From Mobula hypostoma (taxonomy: Eukaryota): 64,000 nucleotides of DNA. The position numbers and the translations under genes are program-made. The DNA lies in assembly GCF_963921235.1 (NCBI RefSeq), contig NC_086097.1, positions 48,486,001 to 48,550,000 on the forward strand, read 5' to 3'. Below the pieces are notes generated by a model. It was not told the origin of the DNA, ran no database searches, and was given only the letters and a program-made list of their open reading frames with translations. Shown piece by piece: positions 1 to 13,545 of the stretch (positions are counted from its first letter, which is position 1; each line of letters starts with the position of its first letter).

Positions 1-2549
1 CAAATTACTGATTTATCAATATTCCATCAAACAGATAGATTGAAATTTATTTCAATAAACTGATTTGTTTATACAGTTTGCAACAACTCTATCTATCTTC
101 AAACCCTTGGTGAAATTAGTAGTACTGTTTAACATGTTCTTTTCAGCAATAATGTTTCATAATAAGTGAAAACATTTTACTTTTTAAAAAATGTTCTGAA
201 TCTTTGATGAGCACTCACAGTAAAGATTAACCCAAGTGGCAAGGTCAAGTAATAAGGAATATTGAGGAAGGCAGGTGGTAGTGAACTTAGAAACTGTCAG
301 GAAAAACTCTGGACCTTAGGGTGAAATTGCTTTCTTAAGAAGTCACACTGCCAGTAAGTGGACAGCAATAGCTAGATGAGAGCTTTGTAGAACTGATATT
401 TCCCAACAAATGGAGGTCAAAACAATAAAAGATATTCATTAACAATGGAACAGTTATGTTACGATGATCTATGTGCTACTGAATCATGAATGATCTATAT
501 CTCTATTGGTGTGGAAAAAACGTAAATAAAAGGAAAAACAAAAGGCATAAATTCCATGAAATTTTCTGATAAGGATGATTTCACTTAAATTGAGTCCCCT
601 GCCAGATTTGTGAAAAAAAACTGGAACAAATTGCTTTAGTGTGCAAATAAGATGCCAACGAGAATGTTTATGCACATGTAAATTGTACCATGCCTGCTGC
701 TTCTGTTGCTGCCAATATCAGGTGCAGTAGATTAGTGTCTGCACTGGGAAGCGAGACAGCAAAGTTGTAAATTGCTTTTTGCTTCTGATAGTGTAAGGAA
801 AACATCCAAAAGAAAGTTTACTGAGCTTCAATGTGCCTTGAGAACAGCTACGGGGCTCCTCAGTACCTTCAGGTTCGGATGAACCTTACTAGACATTAAT
901 CATTGCTTTGCCAAGAACCACAATAACATTAAAAATTCCCTTTCGTCCTCAGCTAAGCTTCCCTGTGACTATCGTCAATAATCTGGTGTTGATGCTTTAT
1001 TTCTTTAATGAGATGTGGGTGTCACTGAGAAGGCAATATTAATTGACCACCTCTTACTGCCTATTTAGCTAAATGTGCCTCAGAAGTCTACTGAGAGACA
1101 ACTACATTTAGTGAGTCTGGATACCATACTGAACAGTGGTGCTAGATTTCCTTTCCTGAGGCAGTTCAGGGAAGCAAAGGAATTTTTACAAGGTAGCTGT
1201 GGTCATCATTACCGATATTATTTTTTAATTGCAGCTTATTTCATGAACCTAATTTAATTATTCAGTAAATGAGCCAATGCTTCAATTTATGTTATGGATC
1301 AAGGATCAAAGATTGACTTTATTTTTAACATTGCACGTATTAGGAATTAGCTGTGGTGTGTTGGTGTGACATGCGTTAAAAAACATTCAATAATTATAGT
1401 AAAGAATTATATAAAAAATAAACTTAGAGGATAAAGTTCAAATATGGACTAAAATGTGCATAATCACATAAATAACATATACTTACAATGTAAACATTGT
1501 AAAAAGAGGTTTTAAGTATTTACAGTGCAGTGCAGTGACCGAGATAATAGATAGAGGAGGTGGGCTGGCTAACTAGAATGGTTGATCATCACTGTTACTG
1601 AACAATAAAAGAAAACACAGGATAAGACACCAAAACACTATGGCCGCCATTTTGGGCAATGCGATTAACTAGATAGGTTATTGTGCAGTTCATATTGTGT
1701 ATATTATTCATTTACTTTTTTATTGTTTGTGCAATTTGTTCTTTTTTTTGCACATTAGATATTTTATGGTCTTCGTTGTGTTGATATTTTTCATAGATTC
1801 TTTTGTGTTTCTATGTTGTATGGATGCCTGCAAGAGGATGAATCTCAGTATTTTGATTATATATGTATGTTGAACTTTAAACTTTGATAGCAGGATAACT
1901 TTATGAATAGAAATGACTCTACTGATCTTCTGTATCACACCAGAAAAACAAAGTTCTGACTAGTCTGTCTGTTGAATGTCAAGTACTGTCTGATGACTAC
2001 AGGCAAGTTCACACAGTCATTTCTATCACTGAAATCATCAGTCTTCTGCAGCACCTGTAGCTAACTACATGCTGTTAGAAAACGTCTCTGTATAGCTCAG
2101 TACATTCAATATCTAAAGGGTTAAATATGTAAGCACTTGATGATCTGCACTATCTTATGATTATTTTCATTTTATTTTAGCTTTATCGCAGATTTCTAGT
2201 TTAAATCAAAAATACAAGATGAATGTGTTTGAATTCCCCGTATTACGAAACAGGTGGAGAGATGCTATGCCTCTAATTTGTTTCAAACACAGTATAAATA
2301 TTAAACTTTCCCTATTAGAAAATCTGATTACCCTGGAGGGCTCTGTAAAGTGAATCACATCGTCCCACAGATATGTCTGGTGTTTTATTAAATCTTACTG
2401 ACCTCTCACTAAAACCAGGATCATCCTCCAGCCAAACAAATGGAATATTCAAAATGACTGTTTTGACACTCAGCCAAGGACATTGTTATTCTTCTATTTG
2501 TGAAGGCTTTAAGTTTTTTTTAACAAATGGAAAGTTGATTTTAAGTGGT

Positions 2550-3150
2550 CAAGCAATGTTAATATTCATTTTTAGAGGACTAGAATATATAAGCAAGGAT
2601 GTAATACTGAAGCTTTATAAGGCATTGGTCAAACCATACTTCGAGAATTGTGAGCAGTTTTAGTCCCTTATCTAAGAAAAGATGTGCTGGCCTAGAGGAA
2701 CTTCACAAGAATTATTTTGGAAATGAAAGGATTAACATATGAGGGCTGTTTGATGGCTCTGAACCTGACCTCATTTATTTAGAAGAATGAGGGGGATCTC
2801 ATTGAAACCGAACGAATTAGGAGAGACCTATATAGAGTGGATGTGGAGAAGTTCTTTCCTATATAGTGGGGGAGTCTCGGACCAGTGGGCACAGGCTCAG
2901 AATAGAGGGACGTCCCTTTAGAACAGAGTTGAGGAGAAATTTCTTTAGCCAGAGCATAGTGAATTTGTGTAATGGCTGAGGAGGCTGTCATTGGGTATAT
3001 TGAAAGGTTCATTAGTAAGGTCATCAAAGGTTATGGGGAGAAGCCAGGAGAATAGGGTTGAGAGGGATAATAAATCAGCTATGACGAAATGGTGGAGCAG
3101 ACATGATGGGCTGAATGGCCTAATTCTGCCTCCTATGTCTTATCATCTTA
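2550..3150 (+). mobile_element. Degenerate CR1 LINE 3' fragment
   Basis: Translates to IFRGLEYISKDVILKLYKALVKPYFENCEQF (CR1 ORF2 C-terminal region), followed by the CR1 3' UTR GGGCTGAATGGCCTAATTCTGC and a TATGTCT-type tail; many stops. Confidence 0.8.
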
Positions 3151-3389
3151 TTGTGCCATGTTCAGGAAAAGCGTACAAATTGGGGAGAAGTCTAAATGGG
3201 TGGAGTGCAGGGAGATGTCAGGAGTGTTAATAGCGTGATGTAGTCAGCACTTCAGGAACCTGCCAGTTTTAGGGCCTCACTCTTAATGTGTTGCCTTTGT
3301 GGAGAAACCCTCTTGGTGGAGATAAATTGTGTGTTTCAATGTCTTAATTTGTCCAATCTTAACATGCACGTTAAACTAACCAAGCATCT

Positions 3390-4540
3390 TCCTACAGAAA
3401 CAGGGGAAATGGATAAAGAAGGAGATAGGGCTTTAAACCTTCGGGGGTGGTGGGGGTGGGTCGGTTCAACAGATTGGAAAAGTATGGATAAAGTAAAAAG
3501 GAAGACGAGCACAGGAGAAGTTAATGAAATTGTCCAGAATAACAAAAAACTGAATGTTCAGAACGGGCTAAGTATTTAATTCTGGCAAGGTGGAAACAAA
3601 TTTAAGAAGCGGAGAGGCCTGAAGATACACACAGTATACAAAACAAGGTAATGGAGCTTATAGCACATTTAGAAATTGGCAGGTACAATGTTATGGGTAT
3701 CACAGTCATGGTTCTAAGAATATCACATCTGAGACTGAAGCATCCAAGGATACATTTCCTATCAGAAAGACAGGCAAGTGGGCAGAGGCGATGGATTAGC
3801 TCTGTTGGTAAAAAAAAATGAAATCAAATACTTCACAAGAATTGACACTAGATCAAAAGATGTAGAATATTTTTGAGTGGAGGTAAGAAACTGCAAGAGT
3901 AAAAAGACCCTGATGGGAGTCACAGTATATACGTGCTTGCGAACAGTAGTCAGGATGTGGGGTATAATTACAACAGGTGATAGAAAAGCCATGAAAGGGA
4001 CACAATGTTGTGTTGCCATGAGGGACTTCAATATGCAGATACACCCGGAAAATCAGGTTGGGCACTGGACCCCAAGAGGAATTTGTAGAATGCTTATGAG
4101 ATGGCTTTTTACAGCAGCTTGTAGTTGAGTCCACTAGGGAAAAGGCGAGTCTGGATTGGGTGTTGGATAAGTAGGCCATTTGGCCCATCGAGTCTGCAAA
4201 TGAACCAAATTTGATTAGGAAATTAAAGTTAAAGAAACCCTTAAAAGTCAGAGATCATAATATGATAGCATTCACCATGCAGTCTGAGAGGGAGAATTAA
4301 AATCAGATGTATCAGTTTTACAGCTGAGTAAAGGTAACTACAGAGGCAAGAGAGATGAGCTGGCCAAAGGTGATTGGAAGTGAACCCTAACAGGGATGAC
4401 GGTAGAGCAGAAATGGCTGAAATTTCTGACAGTAGTTCAGAAGACACAGGATTATTTCTTCCAGAAGAAGCCCTGTAAAAGGTGGATGAGGCAATTGTGG
4501 CTGCAAGGGAAGTTAAAGACAGCATGAAAGTGTAAACATG
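3390..4540 (+). mobile_element. Degenerate CR1 LINE fragment (APE endonuclease region)
   Basis: Motifs SIQNKVMELIAHLEIGRYNVMGIT, VEVRNCKSKKTLMGV, MRDFN and PTREKASLDWVL occur in broken frames. Confidence 0.65.
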
Positions 4541-6869
4541 GGAAATTATTAGGGTAATAGTCCAGCAGCATTCTGTACCACATGCAGGATATGTAATAGG
4601 TTTCACACTACAAAAATGTGTATTTGGTATGGACTCACCATCTTGATATGTTGGGGATAAAGTCTAATTCATAACATATCCTATTTCACATCACATGAAG
4701 AAGCTACTGGTCCTTTTCTTCTTGATAAGCAAATTCGACAGAGAGCTTGTGGATGTTTGGAAGTACAAAGGACAGCAATCACGCTCACTCACCAGGTTTG
4801 TCAGCATTTGTCCAGAGAACACATAGCCCGGCATCCTCACACTTTCAACACCGACTGGGCCATTTAATCTCACCCTTTCTGATTATGGATATGTTCTAAT
4901 TTTGTTTCAGAATTACAACATTTGCTGCTTTTTCACTCCACATATTATGGAAATTAACATCTGCATGGTATCTTCTCTCATTTGAGGTTTAATTTGAAAA
5001 GCCAACTGCTTTCACTAGTAACCTAGCATGCCCTGTACCAGAAAATCAGGTAGCAGCAAAGGTATTTGCATTTTGAACCGATCTATATTGTTGGAGCTAT
5101 TTATCCATTTTATTATTCCCACTTACTTTTAAATGCTTCAATTATTTTCTGACAGTAAAAGATAACTTTATTGGCCTAACCTAGATGTCGTTGAAACAGA
5201 TGGATTTTAGGTCATTTATATTGTGTGGTTATTTTCTACTCAATTGATGATGCCCAAATGATCCGCTATATTCAAATAGTCAAACTTACTCCCATCCATT
5301 GTGTCCTTATTTTCCTCCAGTTCCCAAATTCTGGCTAACATGTTAGTAGATTTCAGCTGCTGCTAACTTGAACCACTGCTTTGAATTCTAATGCTTCTGA
5401 GTTAATTATTTGTGGTTTTGAAATACCAGTCTTTGTAGTGAGATGAAAGTACTGTCTTAATAATGCATGAATGTATCTTCTTCTGAAAAAATAAATATTT
5501 GCCTGGTTGATTCTGAGCGGAAGAATATTGTCCCTGAATTAAACATACAAGAATACAATGAGCTAATGATAATGTATTTAATTAGCATATTCTGAACGAA
5601 CAATTCAACATTCAATTGCAGCAGAGCTTATAAAGAGCTAGGCAGAATTACTGTCTATAACAAGCCATCCATTGGCTGGTATTACATCCTTGGAGCAAGA
5701 GGATAAAAGCCTGCGCCAAGGCCGAAAGGCCTGCCCACGTTCAGGACAGGCAGCAAACTGACTAAAACAAATAATGGAAACTGGCCATTTTGTGACCACT
5801 GCCAGAATGTAAAAGGAGCATTTTCCATTAGGTCCCAGGGAGCCTTGAAGATATAAGAGCTCTGTGCCCTCATAAGATAGCAAATTTTATTTATAAAATG
5901 TGCAATTTCTTTCCTGATTCCATTTAATTTCCCAAGAATATGAATTGCCATCATACTGTGAAAGTCTGTTTAAAAAAAATACCCCAAGCTATACAAATAC
6001 TGGAAATGGACAGCATTTCTGCTGAACATTTAGCCTTTGGTTATGGCTTGTTTAATACATTTTGCTTTATTGCTCTGCACTGGTCTGAGCCTTGGGCTTA
6101 GTACATAGCTTTTGGAGATTGAGAAACGCTTGCAGACGTTGACAACGAGAATCTCCATTAAAAAATTATGTGAATATTTCATTTGAACCAAGGAATAAAA
6201 ATTATTGCTTCCAGAAACATGGAGAGGTGCCAACAGAATTACTTTATAAGGATAAGAAAAGCTGCCTTAACCCATTCAGGTTGTGTAGATGGACCTTCAT
6301 TCTTCCCTATACGTAATGAATGGGAGCAAATACTAAATATACCCTCCCATGGTCCTAATCTGGCAAAGATGACAAAATGGGCAGCCATTTGTGCTTTGCT
6401 GATCGCAAGGGATTCGTATGTTAATGTGAGAGGAACTCCTTATTTCTTAGGCAGGTTCTGAGGAACAAGGATGGAAACGCTTAATTTTGTGCTTTCTGAT
6501 GAAGCTAATATGGGATGTGCAGATTTTGCCACAAGTAGGACAGGAGGTGCCTGGTGGGGCAGACCTGCAGGTAGCTTGGGAAATGGTGCACTGCTCCTCC
6601 AATTACACAGGGCTTCTGTATGGTCCTGAGAGTATGACCTCAAGTTCTCAGTGGTACCCTGAACGCTGCTCCTCCACTTTGAACAGTCATAACCCAGCGA
6701 TCCCTGAAGTTAGTGGAATTGTCATATTTTTTAGATGGATTTTGAGAAGATCCTTGAAAACTTTTCCTTTGTTCACCTGGTAATATCTTCCTGTGTCAGA
6801 TCTCAAGACTTAGATCATCTGTTTCAGGGGTCTGGTGCCATGCCATGTAAATAAGATGGGCTGAAGACG

Positions 6870-8650
6870 ATTCACTGTCTGCTATGGCTGCATCACCGTC
6901 TGGTATGGGGTGGGGGTGCTACTACACAGGACACCAAGAAGGTGCAGAGGGTTGTAAATTTAGTCGGCTCCATCTTGAGAACTAGCCTACAAAGTAACCA
7001 GGACATCTTCAAGGAGCGGTGTCTCAGAAAGGCAGCGTCCATTATTAAGGACCCCCAGCAGCCAGGTTGTGCCCTTTTCTCACTGTTACCATCAGGCAGG
7101 AGGTACAGAAGCCTGAAGGCACACACTCAGTGATTCAGGAACAGCTTCTTCCCATCTGCCATCTGATTCCTAAATGGACATTGAACCCTTGGATGCTACC
7201 ACACTTTTTTAATATGTTATTTCAGTTTTTGCACAATTTTTACTCATGTCTGACGAATCTCATAGAATTTTTTGAGGATGTAACAAGTAGAGTGGATAGG
7301 GGAGAACCAGTGGATGTGGTATATTTGGATTTTCAAAAGGATTTTGACAAGGTCCCACACTGGAGATTAGTGTGCAAACTTAAAGCACACGGTATTGGGG
7401 GTAAGATATTGGTGTGGGTGGAGAATTGGTTAGCAGACAGGAAGCAAAGAGTGGGAATAAACGGGACCTTTTCAGAATGGCAGGCGGTGACTAGTGGGGT
7501 ACCGCAAGGCTCAGTGCTGGGACCCCAGTTGTTTACAATATATATTAATGACTTGGATGAGGGAATTAAATGCAGCATCTCCAAGTTTGCGGATGACACG
7601 AAGCTGGGTGGCAGTGTTAGCTATGAGGAGGATGCTAAGAGGATGCAGGGCGACTTGGATAGGTTGGGTGAGTGGGCAAATTCATGGCAGATGCAATTTA
7701 ATGTGGATAAATGTGAAGTTATCCACTTTGGTGGCAAAAATAGGAAAACAGATTATTATCTGAATGGTGGCCGATTAGGAAAAGGGGAGGTGAAACGAGA
7801 CCTGGGTGTCATTATACACCAGTCATTGAAAGTGGGCATGCAGGTACAGCAGGCGGTGAAAAAGGCGAATGGTATGCTGGCATTTATAGCGAGAGGATTT
7901 GAGTACAGGAGCAGGGAGGTACTACTGCAGTTGTACAAGGCCTTGGTGAGACCACACCTGGAGTATTGTGTGCAGTTTTGGTCCCCTAATCTGAGGAAAG
8001 ACATCCTTGCCATAGAGGGAGTACAAAGAAGGTTCACCAGATTGATTCCTGGGATGGCAGGACTTTCTTATGAAGAAAGACTGGATGAACTGGGCTTGTA
8101 CTCGTTGGAATTTAGAAGATTGAAGGGGGATCTGATTGAAACGTATAAAATCCTAAAGGGATTGGACAGGCTAGATGCAGGTAGATTGTTCCCGATGTTG
8201 AGGAAGTCCAGAACGAGGGGCCACAGTTTGAGGATAGAGGGGAAGCCTTTTAGGACCGAGATTAGGTAAAACTTCTTCACACAGAGAGTGGTGAATCTGT
8301 GGAATTCTCTGCCACAGGAAACAGTTGAGGCCAGTTCATTGGCTATATTTAAGAGGGAGTTAGATATGGCCCTTGTGGCTACAGGGGTCAGGGGGTATGG
8401 AGGGAAGGCTTGGGCGGGGTTCTGAGTTGGATGATCAGCCATGATCATAATAAATGGCGGTGCAGGCTTGAAGGGCCGAATGGCCTACTCCTGCACCTAT
8501 TTTCTATTTTCTATATACTGTAATTGATTTACTTATTTATTTTTACTTTTTTTTCTTCTATATTATGTATTGCATTGAACTGCTGCTGCTAAGTTAACAA
8601 ATTTCATTACACATGGCGGTGATAATAAACCTGATTCTGATTCCGGCTCT
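6870..8650 (+). mobile_element. Rex1/Babar-type LINE 3' end, split by a CR1 insertion (own sequence about 6870-7243 and 8515-8650)
   Basis: ORF 6942-7133 QRVVNLVGSI...RCLRKAASIIKDPQQPGCALFSLLPSGRRYRSL; the AT-rich 3' UTR resumes after the CR1 and ends AATAAACCTGATTCTGATTC. Confidence 0.8.
7244..8514 (+). mobile_element. Young 5'-truncated CR1 LINE (RT domain plus 3' UTR)
   Basis: RT motifs [25 protein letters not shown] and KFADDTK; one premature stop at 8269; 3' tail TTTCTATTTTCTAT. Confidence 0.97.
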
Positions 8651-9197
8651 GATTCCAGCTTTTTGCTACAGAGCCTGATGTGGGAAACGTTCAGAAGCAT
8701 ATTGGCAGGGAACATGGTCGCCTAGAATACCTTGAGGTCTGTGGCCTTGATCTTCAATAACTCTCTTCCTTAGACTTCAAAAGGCTGTGGTAGTTGTACT
8801 GAAAGAGATAATGAATCTAGTTTTTTGTGCTTTCCTACAGTCAAGGTCTATGACAAGATCTTGGAAACAGAATTGGAAAACTGTGAATGTAAGTTTGTTT
8901 TGAATTCCAAAGAAAGGAAGGGGAAATGGTATGAGCATAAAGGAAGATCTTGGTCAGGAGAATGGCAGAGATAGTGAACGATTGTATATAAGTGGTGATG
9001 GAGTGGGTGTGGGAAGTAAAGCAAAACATAAATCTAGAGGAACTATACGTAGGAGAAATTGAATGAAATCAGAAAGCACCAGAAGAAGGAAAATGTGAAT
9101 GCGGGAAATGTGATAATTCAGAGACTGGAAATGGTAGCCAGTCAGATACTTGCTTGTCTTAGGAAGTTGGAGATTCTGGTGCCAAGAGAGGAAATTT

Positions 9198-10941
9198 AAG
9201 TTCAATTTCAAGTTTATTGTCATTCAACCGTACACATGTATATAGCTCAACGAAACAACATTCCTCAGGGACCAGCATACAAACCACAGTACGTACATCA
9301 CATGGAAGCCTCAGGATCCACAGTATGAGGTTCAGGAATAGTTATCACCCCTGAACCATCAGGCTTCTGAACCAGAGGGGAAAACTTCACTCAACTTCAC
9401 TCATCCCATCACTGAACTCTTCCCACAACTTATGGATTCACTTTCAAGAACTCTTCGTCTCATGTTTTCTATTTATTGTTTATTAATTTATTTATCTATT
9501 TATTATTTTTATTTCCTTTTGTATTTGCACTGTTTGCTGTCTTTTGCACTTTGGTTGATTGTCCATCCTGTTGGGTGCAGTCTTTCATTGATTTTGTTGT
9601 GTTTCTTGTATTTAGTGTGAATGGGCACAAGAAAACGAATCTCAGGGTTGTATATGGTGACATAGAATGTACTTTGATAATAAATTTACTTTGAACTTTG
9701 AACGTGCAGAGCATAAAATAATATTAATACAATACAGATGAGAAAAGTATTCTGTAGATGACCAAGTTGACATAAATTCCATGTACGACATATACAGTAG
9801 TTAAATATACAATACTACACTGGTACTGGCACTATTATAAATAATGTGTACTGGCTGGTAGTAAGGTGTTCAGAAGTCTCACAGCCTGGGGGAAGAAGCT
9901 GTTACCCAGCCGAACAGTCCTCGTTCCTATACTGCTGTGCCTCCTGCCTGATGGAGGGTGGTCAGAGAGATTGTGGGATGGATGAGAGGGATCATTGACA
10001 GTGCTGCATTTCTGGTATTTGTCCGGATTGGACAGAGAGAAACCTAGATAATTCTCTATGTGGTCCACGCTATCCACTGCAAGGTCTTGCGGTCAGATGG
10101 CTTGCAATTCCTATACCAGATGGTGACACAGTTGGTCAGGATGCTCTCGATGGTGCTTTAGTTGAATGTGGATAGAATGGGGCTGGGGAGCCTTGTTCAC
10201 TCGATCTCCTCAGGAAGTGGAGGTGCTGCTCTGCTTTTTTAACTAAACAGGTGGCATTGAGGGAGTAGATGAGATCATCGGTGATGTGCACTCCGAGAAA
10301 CTTGGTGTTCCTGACTCTCACCACGGATAGGCTGTTGATGTGCAGAAGGGTGAGGTCAGTCAGTACCTTCCAGATGTCCACAGTTACCTCTTTAGTCTTG
10401 TTCAAGTCGAGAATCAAAATGGTGTGTTTACCCCAATCCACAGGCCACTCTGTATGCTGACCCATGACTGCTGCTGTTGAGACCAACTACGTAATGATGT
10501 GGTCAAAGCTGGATCTAACGGTACAGTTCATGTGTCTACAGTGTGAACAGCAGCCCTGGGGAGTGCCAGTGCTCAGCGTGATGGAGTTGAAGATATTGCT
10601 GCCGACACTTTCCATCAAGATCCAGTTGCAGACGGAGGTGTTGTGATCTAACAAGGACAGTTACCCACCAGTTTCTGAAGAATGATTGTATTGAACACTG
10701 AACTGAAGTCGATGAACAGAGTTCTGATGTAGGAGACACCATTCTTCGGGTGAGACAGGTCTATGTAGAAGGCAAAGGATATTGCATTATTACTGGACTG
10801 ATTTGGGTGATATACATACTGATAGGGATCTATTGCAGTGGAAAGGCAGGATTTAATGCAGTTTATAACCAGCTGCTCAAAGCACTTCATTATTATTGAT
10901 GTCAGTGCCACTGGACAGTTGTCATTAAGGCAGGTTACCAT
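9198..10941 (-). mobile_element. Degenerate Rex1/Babar LINE, with a second Rex-type 3' end inserted in opposite orientation at about 9303-9702
   Basis: Minus-strand fragments CLNDNCPVALTSIIMKCFEQLV, LFIDFSSVFNTI, KFLGVHITDDL and PSGRRHSSIGTRTVRLGNSFFPQAVRLLN; the nested piece ends AATAAATTTACTTTGAACTTTGAA. Confidence 0.85.
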
Positions 10942-11199
10942 CGGCCTCTGTCTAAATTATATTTAGCCAAATTATACTTAACCAGCAGTGTTCCATATGG
11001 CATAAGCTGAAAATCCTTCAATTGTCTGGCCATCAGTCACCAAGTTAAGCTATACTTGTGTGTAGGTTTCTGCTCGTGAATGGCCAGAATCATCTTTTTA
11101 TCAGGATGATTGCCCACAAGGGATAGGCTGACGATCTTCATGAAGATAAGTCCATGAGGTTCAGTCACTCTGGCACCTAATAGAACCAACTGATTCTGA

Positions 11200-11400
11200 A
11201 AGGCAACACACATCAGAGTTGCTGGTGAACGCAGCAGGCCAGGCAGCATCTCTAGGAAGAGGTACAGTCGATGTTTCAGGCCGAGACCCTTCATCGACTG
11301 TACCTCTTCCTAGAGATGCTGCCTGGCCTGCTGCGTTTACCAGCAACTTTGATGTGTGTTGCTTGAATTTCCAGCATCTGCAGAATTCCTCCTGTTTGCA
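11200..11400. mobile_element. Palindromic Penelope-derived insert with 9-bp TSD
   Basis: Inverted arms 11203-11273 and 11292-11362 (about 71 bp, 2 mismatches); TGATTCTGA repeated at 11191-11199 and 11401-11409; the centre is a damaged hammerhead motif. Confidence 0.8.
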
Positions 11401-12846
11401 TGATTCTGACAGGAAGCACTAGGGAATGGCAGACAGCACCAACTTACCAGTAAGAGGATTAGCAGCGTCCACACTAATTGCAGACTAAAAAATGGTTGTA
11501 GTATAACATCCACTAGTAGCAGGTCCAGGAAGAATACTGCAGATTAGTCTGGTAGGCTCCCTTAGTTTATACTTTACTTCATCGATCCGGTCAGTTATTC
11601 TGTTAGTGCAAGCAACAACTGCAGAAGATTTATCTTTCACAACCCCTACCTTATATGCTGAGTACACCTGGACAATTCATCGGCTATAAAACATCTTACT
11701 TTGTTCTGAAGATAATGAGCTTTACATTCATTCAGTGATTTCTCAGAATCTGCTTTAATATCAAGCTTGGTAATGCTGCCATGTTGATGGATAGTTGATT
11801 GTTTTCTTGTGTGTGTGTATATATGAATATTCATAAAATTCATAAAAAGTGTACCTTATTTGGCTTGATTACTTCAGAATCGCTAATTTGGACCTACAAC
11901 AGCTGTAGAAAAAGTCAAATGTCAGCTCCACGGTGATCCCTATTTATACAGAATTGAATGGGAAATGGATATAAACAGAATTACAGTCGATGGCAGTTCA
12001 TGGCAACAGCTGTAGATATCCTACAGCAATCATGTTAAAAGAATACAGAAGATAAATAAACTGCTTTGAAATCATGAATCATCTGTAAACAGAAATTTCT
12101 CATAATTGTATACACAGGGTCCAAATTTCCAGTGGTGATATTATGCCACCAGAACTGAGGCAGAGAAGGAAATCTGATCACCCTAATGGTATTTGTATTG
12201 CACTTTGACTGTCGACTTCCAAGCTTAGGCAGGCTGTGTGCTGATGCAGGTCTTTAGGTTTCATTGTGTTGCTGCTTGCATTAGGATATAAACAGGCAGA
12301 GCTAGGAAAAGAGCATTGTTTATTGAAGGAAATAACTTTTAACTAAACTGCAGTTCTCAAGTACTAAAATATTGTCAAGAGTCACATTATATGATACAAG
12401 CTTATTCTGAGAAGTATATTTGGACACCTCCTCCCCTTTAAAAAAGGAAAGGAATATCATCAATAAAATATTTACACATAATAACTTCTACAGTGGGTAA
12501 TTATTTAAATCAGTACACAATTCAATGAATTATAATGGCACTTGATCTCTTTGTTCACTGCTAGCTGCAGTTGATATGTTCAGAATAAAAATTCCAAGCA
12601 CTAGAAATTCCAGTGCATCACGTCTATTTTCCCTAGCTTAGGCTCAAGTCTTTAACCCTTTTCTGTTGTTTCTTTTTGCTTTAGTCTTGTGTTCCTGTGC
12701 CCTCAATAGTCAATGCTTGGGTTTTGGAATTCATTATACTATCTCCCACCCAATGCAAATTATTTTCGAGCAGCTTTCAAGGCCCTTATGGCTCCTGAGC
12801 CAGTGTGGATAATTTCATCTCAACACTGAACTGATTCCACAACCTT

Positions 12847-12962
12847 TACTCACTCTTCCTTCAGTTAGTCCTGACGAAGGGTTTCGGCCTGAAACGTTGA
12901 CTGCACCTCTTCCTAGAGATGCTGCCTGGCCTGCTGCGTTCACCAGCAACTTTTATGTGTTG
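12847..12962 (+). mobile_element. 116-bp Penelope-derived insert with 10-bp TSD
   Basis: CCACAACCTT at 12837-12846 and 12963-12972; same family sequence as 11292-11362 and 37527-37622; inserted in a Rex-type 3' UTR. Confidence 0.85.
12866..12903 (+). ncRNA. Minimal type I hammerhead ribozyme motif
   Basis: TAGTC-CTGACGA-AGG GTTTCGG CCT-GAAA-CGTT-GACTG: stem I, CUGANGA core, stem II, GAAA, palindromic mini stem III, predicted cleavage after GUU at 12898. Activity not shown. Confidence 0.7.
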
Positions 12963-13039
12963 CCACAACCTTAAGACTCACTTTTATGGACTTTACAACT
13001 CAGTATTGTTTATTTATTTACTTATTCATTATTAATGTA

Positions 13040-13545
13040 GAATTTCATTTTCCTCAGCTCAAGTTGGTAAAACCTGAGGTACAGGCATCGCCAAGCACAC
13101 TCATTACTCAATTGCTAGGAACTTTTGGACTATTCTAGTAGTGTTTAATATTGTAGCATTCTGAAGATGTCCATAGACATTACTGTGTAGCTTTAATTGT
13201 TTAAAGCTATTGTGTAGTGCCTTTGGCACGATACCAGTTGTAGATATTACTATTGGGACAAAACAGACCCAGTACATGTTCCAAAGCCTTTCAATTTCCT
13301 CTTTTAACTCAACATATTTCTGGTGTTTTTCACTTCTTGATTTCTGTAAGTTATGTGTGTTTGGAATGGCTATATCTATTGCTTGTTTATCCTGTATTAT
13401 CACATCTGGACAGTTATTATGGATTGTCCTATCTGTAATATGGATCGATTGTAATATAATTTGTGATATCCTGACTCTAAAACCGGATCAGGCTTGTACT
13501 TATAGTAAGGTATGATTTATTTTATGAGTTTGTATTTTAAAGTAA
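13040..13545 (-). mobile_element. R4/Dong-clade non-LTR retrotransposon 3' fragment (restriction-like endonuclease domain)
   Basis: NNCPDVIIQDKQAIDIAIPNTHNLQKSRSEKHQKYVELKEEIERLW...VPIVISTTGIVPK matches the PD..D...K..KY RLE motif; flanked by TTA/TAA-rich sequence. Confidence 0.8.

Noticed and set aside
5719..5732. AGGCC-GAAA-GGCCT hairpin resembling hammerhead stem II
   Set aside because: No CUGANGA or second GAAA core around it; a 5-bp stem is expected by chance.
6370..6865. RTE-like LINE remnant (LLYGPESMT), possibly continuing at 8655-8770
   Set aside because: Too degenerate to assign boundaries or clade by eye.
7067..8269. 400 aa ORF as a novel fusion protein
   Set aside because: The first 59 or so codons are chance read-through of a Rex 3' end into a truncated CR1 RT that ends at a premature stop.
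11161..11422. Two ORFs on opposite strands with identical N-termini (MLVNAAGQAASLGRGTVD)
   Set aside because: Artefact of the DNA palindrome.
11448..11667. Minus-strand exon ending at CTG/GTAAGT
   Set aside because: The 220-nt version has stops in all frames, and the 37-nt version has a weak acceptor and no recognisable peptide.
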